Shown in pieces: positions 27,447 through 36,224 of a stretch of 64,000 nucleotides of DNA. The stretch is from the sequence record KX130863; one strand, written 5' to 3'. The notes below the pieces were generated by a model that was not told the DNA's origin, did no database searches, and saw only the letters and a list, made by a program, of their open reading frames with translations. Each line of letters opens with the position of its first letter. Position 1 is the stretch's first letter. Origin of the DNA: Shigella phage SHSML-45. A program made the translations under genes and the position numbers.

Positions 27447-27535
27447 TTGGCGGAAGAAGGGGGAATCGAACCCACAAGGCTATATTTCAAACCGACAGAT
27501 TAGCAATCTGCTGCAATACCGTTATGCTATTCTTC
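27447..27535 (-). tRNA. tRNA-Ser (anticodon GCT), class II, CCA encoded
   Basis: 89 nt; anticodon arm GCAGA-TTGCTAA-TCTGT; long variable arm. Confidence 0.7.
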
Positions 27536-27557
27536 CGAATTTATAAGATATATTATA

Positions 27558-28076
27558 TTAGAAATTTAGCTTCATGGCAAGAAAATTTTTCAAGTTTTCG
27601 GTAGACATCTCATCCACATCTATAGGAGAAACAAACCCATTTAATTGTCTAGCAAACTTTTCGCCAGCAGGATCATTATCCCCAACAGCTACCAATTTAA
27701 AAGGTAGTAATTTCAATTGCTTTAATAGCGGTTTTCCTGGAGAAGAACCCAACATTGCTAGAGCAGGATACCCAGCATTATGTAATGCTACAGCCTTAAA
27801 TACAGATTCAGCAATTAATACTACTTTTTCATCCCCATTGAGAGTTTCTAGTCCCCATACACACTGTGTAGTAGAATAAGTAAAATATCTAGCTTCAAAG
27901 GGGCACTTACCATGACCTTTTGGAGCAGAAGGATTATAAGTCTGATAGCCTCTCAACATTCCAGAGAAGTCATACAATGGGACTGTTAGCCATCCTTCTG
28001 GGCTTAACCAGCAGTGATATTTATCTGTATCAAACCCTCTAGATAAGAGATGTTCTGTTAGTTCATCAATAGTCAT
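27558..28076 (-). CDS. hypothetical protein with Toprim-like motif (start at internal Met behind the conserved leader)
   Basis: VVLIAESVF..AVGDNDPAG resembles Toprim acidic motifs; leader ATAAATTTGAGAGAGG precedes the ATG. Confidence 0.5.
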   Translation of the reverse strand: MTIDELTEHLLSRGFDTDKYHCWLSPEGWLTVPLYDFSGMLRGYQTYNPSAPKGHGKCPFEARYFTYSTTQCVWGLETLNGDEKVVLIAESVFKAVALHNAGYPALAMLGSSPGKPLLKQLKLLPFKLVAVGDNDPAGEKFARQLNGFVSPIDVDEMSTENLKNFLAMKLNF

Positions 28077-28297
28077 ACTAGATTCCTCTCTCAAATTTAT
28101 AAATATATTATGCAGAGAATTTAGCATTCAAGCAATTGAATTTTTTAACTTTTTAGAGGAAAATCACAGGATGCTTAAGGGTAGCAGGTAAGTGGGTAGA
28201 CCCCAAAATTGTTATCCCCACTTGATTTTCAATGTGATATAGTGTAAAGTATTTGTCATAGCTGAGTGACCAAAGAGACACACTTATCCTCTACCTT

Positions 28298-28337
28298 AAA
28301 ACAGAAAAGCCCTGCGCTCTCCAGGGAACACAGGGCT
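28298..28337 (-). terminator. intrinsic terminator (minus strand)
   Basis: AGCCCTG-loop-CAGGGCT stem followed on the minus strand by TTTTCTGTTTT. Confidence 0.6.
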
Positions 28338-28361
28338 TACTTCGAATATTACGTGTGGGAA

Positions 28362-29309
28362 TTACTTGTTACGCATATCCATAATCATCTGGCCATCGTA
28401 ACCAGTGCCAACTACTGTTTGAGGTACACCGCCTTGATATTTCTGAGCACGAATCATTTCAACTTCTAGTTGTTTCCAGCGAATCATCTCAGGAGTAATA
28501 GTACGTTGCAGAGCGGCGTTAGCTTCGGCTTCCTTCTTAGCTGCGTACAGTTTAGCATCTGCATCACGTTCGTTTGCAATAGCTTGGTTGTTACGAGCTT
28601 CACGATCTGCTTCTGCTTGTTTAACCTTCTGCTGTGCTTCTTGTTCAACACGAGCCAACTCAGCTTTCGCAGCATTAACTTGTTCCTCACGAACTTTGGT
28701 ATTCTGTACCTGTTCCACGATTACAGGCGGCAAAGTAATATCCTGAAGGAACACTTGCTTAACTGTGTAACCATAAGGGCGTGCATACTCTTCAACTTCC
28801 TGTTGAATTGCGGTTTGTAATTGAGCCTGGATTTTAGCATCAAACAAATCTTGTGCTTTAGGAACAGACTTACCGAACTCACGAATAGTGGACAGTAATT
28901 TTTCAGTTACATATTTGTCTAATGCTTGATCCTGGGTACCTGCGTTAATACGGTTAATCGGTGCCTTAGAACCATCAAACTGCAACATAACAGTCAGGTC
29001 AACAGTGGATTTAAACTTATCCTGACTAGGAACCTGAAGTTTATCTAATTTTACAGCAATGTCTTTTGTACTAAAAGTATCGAAAGATGCAAATGGGTTT
29101 ACAAGATGAAAACCAGGTAATACAGGATTAGGGTCTACTTTACCCAGAAATGTTTGGGTTTTAACCGTACCATCAGAAACAATAGTATATGAATTAAAAG
29201 CTAGGATTAAACCTGCTAAACCAACTACAGCACCAATACCCCAACGTTTAATAGTGCGAATTACTTTTTGCTCAGAAGTCAGTTCTTTCATATTTTTAGT
29301 ATTAAACAT
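28362..29309 (-). CDS. SPFH/band-7 (HflK/C-like) membrane protein
   Basis: N-terminal TM helix, SPFH-like core, long Ala/Glu/Gln-rich coiled-coil C-terminus. Confidence 0.65.
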   Translation of the reverse strand: MFNTKNMKELTSEQKVIRTIKRWGIGAVVGLAGLILAFNSYTIVSDGTVKTQTFLGKVDPNPVLPGFHLVNPFASFDTFSTKDIAVKLDKLQVPSQDKFKSTVDLTVMLQFDGSKAPINRINAGTQDQALDKYVTEKLLSTIREFGKSVPKAQDLFDAKIQAQLQTAIQQEVEEYARPYGYTVKQVFLQDITLPPVIVEQVQNTKVREEQVNAAKAELARVEQEAQQKVKQAEADREARNNQAIANERDADAKLYAAKKEAEANAALQRTITPEMIRWKQLEVEMIRAQKYQGGVPQTVVGTGYDGQMIMDMRNK

Positions 29310-29320
29310 ATATTTCCTTA

Positions 29321-29521
29321 TTATTTAGAAGAGTTAGCTACTACAGTTACTTTAGTTGCAGAAATAAACAGGCTAGCATCCACAGCAAATTCAGGAGCTT
29401 TGATATCTCCATTATGAAATATGACTATACCGGAGACTACTTCAAATGCTAGTGCTGTAACATCGGTGGTATTTACTTGTGAATGTTCACCTACTACTTT
29501 TACTATATATCGTGTTTTCAC
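29321..29521 (-). CDS. hypothetical protein (66 aa)
   Basis: ORF. Confidence 0.4.
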   Translation of the reverse strand: MKTRYIVKVVGEHSQVNTTDVTALAFEVVSGIVIFHNGDIKAPEFAVDASLFISATKVTVVANSSK

Positions 29522-29547
29522 TTTATTTTCCTAGCAGTTAATAAAAT

Positions 29548-29622
29548 TGGCCGAGGTGACAGGATTCGAACCTGCATAAAGGAATTTAGAAGACTCCTGC
29601 CTCTCCCTTAGACTACACCCCG
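29548..29622 (-). tRNA. tRNA-Arg (anticodon TCT), CCA encoded
   Basis: Acceptor CGGGGTG/CACCTCG, anticodon arm GGAGT-CTTCTAA-ATTCC, T-arm GCAGG-TTCGAAT-CCTGT. Confidence 0.7.
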
Positions 29623-30123
29623 TTTAAGTATTTTTAAGAACTCTCGTAAAAACTCTTAAAAATACAGACGATACCGGGAGAGTCATAAGTCTCACTCATT
29701 AAGTATTTCAAGACAAAATACAGTAACGTCTATTATTTTCCAGTTTAAGTCAAGGTGACTTAGTGGTTATGTCCTGCGGTATACTGAGGACTCGGTTAGG
29801 TTAGGGTCATGACTCCCCACCTTTTGCTGCTACTCAACAGGAGTTATCGCGAATTACCTGTGCTATTGTGCACCATTAGTGACATCTCTCATGTCAGCAT
29901 TTCCCACTTTGTGGATAGCTTGAAAAACTACTCCGATATGGAGAAAGAACTTCACTATCCTAGAATACCTTCTAAAGTTCTTCTTTAGCCTGGACATAGT
30001 TAAATCGTAATAAAACTATTCAGCAGACTGGTTGGTTAGTCTGGAACCAACTACCGCGTGGTTTAGGCAGTGCGCAACTAACCTCGGAAGCTTTTACGTT
30101 AAAAGCACCAGTTATCCAGTTCT

Positions 30124-30195
30124 TACCGACCGTAGGATTCGAACCTACATCTTCCACCAGTTACGGCTTGATAATACCGTTTATACTAGATCGGC
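30124..30195 (-). tRNA. tRNA-like element (anticodon arm unresolved, CCA not encoded)
   Basis: Canonical T-arm GTAGG-TTCGAAT-CCTAC and acceptor GCCGATC/GGTCGGT with two G-U pairs; no standard anticodon stem found. Confidence 0.35.
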
Positions 30196-30308
30196 AGTGT
30201 TACTACATAAGTGATTTCCACACCCCACTATTTATAAATTAGAGAAGAATTACTCTCTAATTTATGAATATATTATACAGAATTTATAAGCATTTAGCAA
30301 ATGAATTT

Positions 30309-30743
30309 TTAGAAAAACTCGCTAGCAATCAAGGCGGCTGTTTTACCATCATAACGCCCCGGAAACTCTGCCTTAATAGTTTTCATTAGGAGAGCTTTGG
30401 TAATACCTGGGTTTAGCTTAACCAATTCTGCAAAATATTTACGAATTTCAGTTTCAGTTAGCTGTTGTAGTGCATAATCATGCTCTAAACGCGCTAAAAG
30501 ATCTAAGTATTCAGCATCAGGAGTATAGTCAACATTCGATTTTTCAGCGGCAATCCGTGTATTCTCAATTGCTTTGAGTTGTGATTTCAACCAGTTAGTA
30601 AACTCCAGCTCAGTTACGCAATCTTTATCAATACGTTGCAGGTCTCCTAGAACCGTACTTAGATGCTTAACTGATACAGCGTCACCACTTTTGCGAGCAG
30701 CTTCAATCAACTCTCGCAGTACATAAAGCATGTTCATGCCCAT
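30309..30743 (-). CDS. hypothetical protein (144 aa)
   Basis: ORF. Confidence 0.55.
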   Translation of the reverse strand: MGMNMLYVLRELIEAARKSGDAVSVKHLSTVLGDLQRIDKDCVTELEFTNWLKSQLKAIENTRIAAEKSNVDYTPDAEYLDLLARLEHDYALQQLTETEIRKYFAELVKLNPGITKALLMKTIKAEFPGRYDGKTAALIASEFF

Positions 30744-30913
30744 TATTTCATCCCCAATGCTTGGTTAAAAGATTGTTCTGTCATAACTACTGAGACTTTG
30801 GCGAAATCAAACTTTTTAGGGTTCGTAGTGATCTCAGCAACGTTGGAAGTTTTAACAGTTTTCGTAGTACGAATACCGCGAGTGCTAACACCAATGACGA
30901 TCAAGTTTTTCAT
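30743..30913 (-). CDS. small hypothetical protein (56 aa), below the ORF track cutoff
   Basis: ATG preceded by GAGG and the conserved promoter-leader; stop overlaps next start (ATAATG). Confidence 0.4.
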   Translation of the reverse strand: MKNLIVIGVSTRGIRTTKTVKTSNVAEITTNPKKFDFAKVSVVMTEQSFNQALGMK

Positions 30914-30944
30914 ATTTCGCTTCCTCTCATTAATTTATGAAAGT

Positions 30945-30973
30945 ATTATACAGAAGTTTAAGTATTTAAGCAA
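30945..30973 (-). promoter_or_regulatory. sigma70-type early promoter (TTGCTT-N17-TATAAT)
   Basis: Consensus hexamers; leader ACTTTCATAAATTAATGAGAGG. Confidence 0.6.
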
Positions 30974-30981
30974 ATAAATTT

Positions 30982-31431
30982 TTAAGTTTTAGTGACAGCA
31001 GGCTTATAAAATGTATGTCCCTTAATCTTAGTTGTTTTCTTAAACTTCTTTGTCCAGTATGGTTTATCTTTACCACTATGGAAGTATAAAGCTCCATGTG
31101 TAGGATCTTGTGGTAAATCAACGTAGTATATCACTCTAGCTAAATTCTTGGCAGTTTGCCAAGCCTCATCGGTTTTATCAACTTTTGGTCTCTTAGATAC
31201 CCAAGAGAACTGGTTAGACTGATATACTACTTTACAGTAGGAATCTGGAAATTTGCCGGAGTTTACACGGTTTTTAGTAACCTGTGCAACCGCCATCATT
31301 CCCTTTATGCCCTCACCACGACTCTCGAAATAGATATTTTTAGCAATGCAATCTATTTCTTTTGCATCGTGCGATGCTTGACTACTAAAGCTGAAGGTAA
31401 GGGCAGCTACTAAAAGCAAAGCTGCCTTCAT
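30982..31431 (-). CDS. cell-wall hydrolase (SleB/Hydrolase_2-like) with signal peptide
   Basis: Signal peptide plus NIYFESRGE..VTKNRV motif. Confidence 0.6.
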   Translation of the reverse strand: MKAALLLVAALTFSFSSQASHDAKEIDCIAKNIYFESRGEGIKGMMAVAQVTKNRVNSGKFPDSYCKVVYQSNQFSWVSKRPKVDKTDEAWQTAKNLARVIYYVDLPQDPTHGALYFHSGKDKPYWTKKFKKTTKIKGHTFYKPAVTKT

Positions 31432-31443
31432 TCTTTTTACTCC

Positions 31444-32265
31444 TTAAAATAGATCATATTCTAATCTATTGGGATTTTCTCGGTATCCATAAGACGTAAG
31501 AGTACCCCTCATATACTCTGCGTCAACAGGATTAGATGTTACTAGAACCACTTTTAGTGGTCTTTGACCTAAAAATAGTATATGATCTAATAAGTCTTTT
31601 CCTTGTACCTCTGGATCTCCTAAATCTGAGTCCATAAATAAATAGGATCCTGTGAAACTAAATATATCTGATAGCTCCAGCGCACCTATAACTGTACGAC
31701 AAATAATGGACATTTCAGGTAGATCTCTAACATCGTCTATTAGAATATTGGTCTGCTTCCCAATTTCTGCATTACATAAACCATTTACTAGTTTTTCTCT
31801 TTCCCCTTTAGCTTGTTCGAAAGTGGTGAAGCCAGGAGATACGAAAAACTTTCCACCTAATGTAATGCTATACACAAAACCCTCGGGGAGGAGTTCTACA
31901 CCTACGGTTTTATTAGTATTAATCCTATTTAACTTAAAATTTGTCTCTCTTAGATTAATAATTCTGTTATCCCACGGTATAGTATTTATATGGTCGATCA
32001 TATCAGGCGGCTCTTCACCATAATGGAGCAACCACGCTATTCGGTGTCCATAAATAATTGTGGGTTTATTATCTAAGAGCAAACTAACTCTGATGTACCC
32101 ATCAGAGTTCTTACTACATATTTCTCTCCCAGCATATAGGGTGTGCCAAGTTTTATTCTTGTATTTATTAGGCCTATAAAATAATTTACCGGTATAAGGA
32201 TTATACTCTATAATTTCTCGAATATAATCTATATATGGTAGTATTTGTTTTTGTAATTTACCCAT
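31444..32265 (-). CDS. HNH homing endonuclease (273 aa)
   Basis: HRIAWLLHYGEEPPDMIDHINTIPWDNRIINLRE motif in N-terminal half. Confidence 0.7.
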   Translation of the reverse strand: MGKLQKQILPYIDYIREIIEYNPYTGKLFYRPNKYKNKTWHTLYAGREICSKNSDGYIRVSLLLDNKPTIIYGHRIAWLLHYGEEPPDMIDHINTIPWDNRIINLRETNFKLNRINTNKTVGVELLPEGFVYSITLGGKFFVSPGFTTFEQAKGEREKLVNGLCNAEIGKQTNILIDDVRDLPEMSIICRTVIGALELSDIFSFTGSYLFMDSDLGDPEVQGKDLLDHILFLGQRPLKVVLVTSNPVDAEYMRGTLTSYGYRENPNRLEYDLF

Positions 32266-32707
32266 AATAGCCTCGTTTCATCAATTTAAAAATATATTAT
32301 ACAGATAACTTAATAAATTAGCAAATACATTTTTAAATTGTGAAACTAGTAAACCGATAAACAGCCTAGAGGCGCCACAGGCCATATCTTATGAGCCATG
32401 TACCTTTGATCTAGGGTTTGAATCATCAACGAATACTTTGCATCTTTTAGCTTTAGAAGTTTAGAAGTTTGAGTTCTTTAAACTTTTCAGCTTTCATACT
32501 TAAATGTTGATCTTTGAAGTTGTGTCGGTAATATCAACGACGCTTTGTTCTTACGTGTCAGCTTAAAAGGCTGGTGTAATAAACATAATCTCCAATAGAT
32601 TATACTTTATAGTATGGTCAGCGGTCTTATTTAACCTCGTATTTCAACCGCTGCTGCGAGGTAAGATGCTTGGGCTTTCGTCTACCGATTTACTAGCTTT
32701 TAAATTA

Positions 32708-33346
32708 TTACTCTACTTCAATGAAGGTAGAGGCGTTAGACTCGGACAGAACAAAGTCAACATTTGTTGCAAAGTCCTGGTATTCCTCGTCATGCTGCTT
32801 AATCAGCTTCTCCAGTTCCAGCGGATCAATCAAGAATGGAGTATTCTTGAGTTCCAGCAGGTTGAGCTGCATTTTAACTTCATCTTCGGAAGTTTTCTTA
32901 TCGCGGGTAGCCATGCTATCCTGCAAACGCTCATATTTAGCATCAAACTGTGCTTTCTGCGTATTAAACTTAACTGTAGCGGCATGGAACTGCTTACGCA
33001 TATTAGCCAGCAACTGAGCTTTAAGCTCCATAGAACGCTTAGCTTCAATTGCTTCTGCAACAGTCATTCTACGAGAACCGATCTCAACGATCGTTTCTGC
33101 GTTGCTCTTAATCAGGGCAGCTTTGATACGATCACGCTGGGACATCATATCCAGCAGAGACTGGAAATCAGTCTTAATACGAGTAGACAGGTCATCTACT
33201 TCGATTGCAGCGCCAACTACAACCTGGTTTTTATCCTTACCTTCACCAACAGCGATCAAAAGCTGTTGTTCAGTAGCTTTACGGATTTTAGCTTCCAGAG
33301 ATTTGATGGTTGCCAGAGCACGAGTTTTAGAAATACGAGTGGTCAT
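32708..33346 (-). CDS. hypothetical coiled-coil protein (212 aa)
   Basis: Preferred over the antisense plus-strand ORF on context and composition. Confidence 0.55.
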   Translation of the reverse strand: MTTRISKTRALATIKSLEAKIRKATEQQLLIAVGEGKDKNQVVVGAAIEVDDLSTRIKTDFQSLLDMMSQRDRIKAALIKSNAETIVEIGSRRMTVAEAIEAKRSMELKAQLLANMRKQFHAATVKFNTQKAQFDAKYERLQDSMATRDKKTSEDEVKMQLNLLELKNTPFLIDPLELEKLIKQHDEEYQDFATNVDFVLSESNASTFIEVE

Positions 33347-33398
33347 TGTTTCTTCCTTATATGAAGTTTAAGATTTGAATTTGTTTAAAGTTGGTCTA

Positions 33399-33581
33399 TT
33401 ACAGACCAATTGCCAGCAGAGTGCGTAGAACAGTATCGTTACTGTTATCAATTTTAGGGTTAGCACGATTTAGCAGATCAAAGATTTTCTGGATGCCGGA
33501 CTGACGTTCAGCCATACGACGCAGACCCAGGTTACGTTTTGCTACTTTACCATTTTTACGGACGTTTTTAGATACTGGCAT
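33399..33581 (-). CDS. small basic protein (60 aa)
   Basis: Own promoter and RBS. Confidence 0.45.
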   Translation of the reverse strand: MPVSKNVRKNGKVAKRNLGLRRMAERQSGIQKIFDLLNRANPKIDNSNDTVLRTLLAIGL

Positions 33582-33651
33582 AATTATTTTCCTTTTGTTG
33601 TTTTCTCAAATTTATGAATATATTATACAGAATTTTGGAGCCGGAAGCAAA

Positions 33652-34353
33652 TCAAATTTTCATTTTTTCGATCATAGCTGCAACACAATAGCTCTCAACT
33701 AAGGCATCGAATGCTGGGTCATGTTTAACTGGGTAGATTCCATAACGAATGGTATCCATCTTCTCCATCTTAGCTTTTGCCCAGCTAATCCCCTCTGCTT
33801 CTAGGTCTTTGTAACTATAACCAGCCTGCATCCAGAGATTGCGGAGAGATCGAACATTACCCAAATTCCAGAATTTCCACGGAACTATTTCTTCATTGGT
33901 TCCAGCATGGAAAGTGTTTGCAGAGTAGATAGTCATATCAAACTCTGGGCCGTTGCCATAATACAAAGCATTCTCTCCTAGAGCCAACTCCATAATATTT
34001 TGAGCCATAGAGAAGGCAGCATAGTTTGAGCCTAATTTATTAGTGCAATGATGTTTACCATTTTGGAAGGCAATCAGTTTTGGATTACGTTCCTTCATAG
34101 CTTCCATAATGTGGATAGCAGACGGGCTATTTTTAGCTTGATCCATCCAGAATGCTAGAGTAGATGCTGTAACTTTGGCACCAGAATTAAGCTGATCCTG
34201 CACATCCAAAGTAACAAATACTAGATCAGGGTCTTTATCAACCCCATGCATAGCCACAAAAGCGAAAGAAGGCATTACGATATGAGTAGTACCACAATCT
34301 CCTGGAGTTCCTAGAGATTCAATATCTAGCATACCAAATGGTTTTACTTTCAT
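33652..34353 (-). CDS. putative DnaQ-like 3-prime to 5-prime exonuclease (DEDDh)
   Basis: LDIESLG (Exo I-like) and HDPAFDA (Exo III-like) motifs. Confidence 0.55.
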   Translation of the reverse strand: MKVKPFGMLDIESLGTPGDCGTTHIVMPSFAFVAMHGVDKDPDLVFVTLDVQDQLNSGAKVTASTLAFWMDQAKNSPSAIHIMEAMKERNPKLIAFQNGKHHCTNKLGSNYAAFSMAQNIMELALGENALYYGNGPEFDMTIYSANTFHAGTNEEIVPWKFWNLGNVRSLRNLWMQAGYSYKDLEAEGISWAKAKMEKMDTIRYGIYPVKHDPAFDALVESYCVAAMIEKMKI

Positions 34354-34381
34354 AACTTATCCTTTATTGTGTAGAAAACTA

Positions 34382-34618
34382 TTAAAGAGCTGTCTCTTTA
34401 ATAGACTCCCACTTCTTGGGGTCTTTAAAACCAGGAAGCATATCCTCACTAACATCCCAGTTCTCTTCCATAGAGAAGTCAGGCCATTCATTCCAGCTAC
34501 CTTCCAGCTCTTCATAACAGGTATTCATTACCTCATGACTAGAAAGTCGTGTATAATCTCTAGCGGATTTATGGGTGCTAGCACGGTTAAAATCATTCTT
34601 TGCTACAAAATTACGCAT
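34382..34618 (-). CDS. hypothetical protein (78 aa)
   Basis: ORF. Confidence 0.45.
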   Translation of the reverse strand: MRNFVAKNDFNRASTHKSARDYTRLSSHEVMNTCYEELEGSWNEWPDFSMEENWDVSEDMLPGFKDPKKWESIKETAL

Positions 34619-34661
34619 AGTTTCTCCAAAATATGAGGGGCTTTCGCCCCCTATTTATCTA

Positions 34662-35177
34662 TTACTTCGCTTTACGCTTGCGAGCTGGTTTAGCAGATTT
34701 ACGAGCAGAATCGCCTGTGAATTTAATTCCTACACCGTAACACAGAGCACGAACGTTATCTTTGCTATATTCTACGCCAAAGATATTTGGTTTAACAGAA
34801 CCAAACTGGCCACGAGTGTCACGAAGCACATCTGCCGTTGGTTTACGCTTCTGGTTAACTGCTTTCTCATAGTCTTTCATGGCCATGCCATTACGAGAGA
34901 ACAATTCTGCTCCAGCATTGAAACTCAGTGCTACTGGAACAGATTTGTGACCATAACCCTGTACATAGGTCACAAGGCGGGCTACAGAACGAGTAGCATT
35001 CTTAGCCTTCGGCTTTTGACGAATCGTAGCCGGACGATTCAGTGCCTGTGCAGCTTGAGCATCAGTAGGATGCTTGCGCAGGTGGCGTTCCAGACGAGCT
35101 TTGCGGTTAGCCTCAGTCTGCGGGAAAGTTTTAACTGTAGTAGCTGCTTGAGTTTTTGCGTTTTTCTGCTTAGCCAT
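34662..35177 (-). CDS. basic hypothetical protein (171 aa)
   Basis: Lys/Arg-rich N and C termini; own promoter. Confidence 0.55.
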   Translation of the reverse strand: MAKQKNAKTQAATTVKTFPQTEANRKARLERHLRKHPTDAQAAQALNRPATIRQKPKAKNATRSVARLVTYVQGYGHKSVPVALSFNAGAELFSRNGMAMKDYEKAVNQKRKPTADVLRDTRGQFGSVKPNIFGVEYSKDNVRALCYGVGIKFTGDSARKSAKPARKRKAK

Positions 35178-35260
35178 TATTTGTTTTCCTTTTTGTTTAT
35201 TAATTTATGAAGTATATTATACGAGAATTTGAAGCGTTTAGCAAATGAATTTTTTAAAAA

Positions 35261-35539
35261 TTATCTACCAACCATCTTGGCTTGTTCTGCATCGGAAACA
35301 TATTGATACGCTCCTTTATTATATGCTGGAGCAGTACACATTTTCTTACGCTCAATCTCTTCTTGAGCTTTTCTTTCGCGTTCAGCTAATTCTTTATCCA
35401 AATAAACTAAACGTTGTTCTGGAGGAGGTGGAAGACGTGTTTCTGGCTCACCAATATTAGCCTCTCTTATTTGACGAGGTGATTGCGCACGTTTTCTCAA
35501 TGGTTTAAATCCTAATGAATTTGAGTTATAAATTCGCAT
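35261..35539 (-). CDS. hypothetical protein (92 aa)
   Basis: ORF with promoter upstream. Confidence 0.5.
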   Translation of the reverse strand: MRIYNSNSLGFKPLRKRAQSPRQIREANIGEPETRLPPPPEQRLVYLDKELAERERKAQEEIERKKMCTAPAYNKGAYQYVSDAEQAKMVGR

Positions 35540-35614
35540 AAAGCCCCTTAACTTTCAATACGAATATTATACTAAATTAGTGGGCTTTAAGCAAGAAAAT
35601 TTTTAATTTATTTA

Positions 35615-36103
35615 TCACATCTCGGCAAGTTCTTGCTCAGTAATAACAGTATTACATAATGCGTCAACTTCTTCATTACCTCTAATACCTGAGTGCCCTT
35701 TAACCTTAATAAAGGTAGGGTTAGTATTATGAAAATTAATATACTGTTGGGTTAGTTTAAATGCTTCTTGCCATAGTTCTAAATTGAGAGGAGCTTCACC
35801 ATCTCCCTTCTTCCAGCCTTTCTTCTGCCAAGACCACATCCAGCTTTCCATACCATTTTTACAGTATGCAGAGTCAGTGTAGATTATAACTGGACGTTTA
35901 TCATTCTTAGTAGCCCAGCGCAGAACTTCAACAATAGCTGTGAGTTCCATTTCATTGTTTGTGGTTTTTGGACTGAAACCCGACTTAGAACCCAAACGTT
36001 CGTCATTAGGATCATAAACTACGAAACCCCAAGCACCTAAACCAGGATTACCCTTACAAGCGCCATCTGTATAAACATGGAAAACTGACATTATTTGCTC
36101 CAA
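35615..36103 (-). CDS. ribonuclease H
   Basis: VYTDGACKGNPGLGAWG N-terminal motif typical of RNase HI. Confidence 0.75.
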   Translation of the reverse strand: MEQIMSVFHVYTDGACKGNPGLGAWGFVVYDPNDERLGSKSGFSPKTTNNEMELTAIVEVLRWATKNDKRPVIIYTDSAYCKNGMESWMWSWQKKGWKKGDGEAPLNLELWQEAFKLTQQYINFHNTNPTFIKVKGHSGIRGNEEVDALCNTVITEQELAEM

Positions 36104-36224
36104 TTAATAGTTACCCAATAGCTTTCACGTTGATTATGATCAAGTAAAATATATTATATTTGAGATTATACCTAATAAGCAAGTACAATTTCAAATATAA
36201 TAGCCCCCGAAAGGGCTATTTGAG

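Noticed and set aside
32666-33364. Plus-strand 232-aa ORF antisense to 32708..33346
   Set aside because: Cys/Leu/Phe-rich, unusual composition and opposite to the transcriptional polarity of the surrounding minus-strand block; the minus-strand ORF is preferred.
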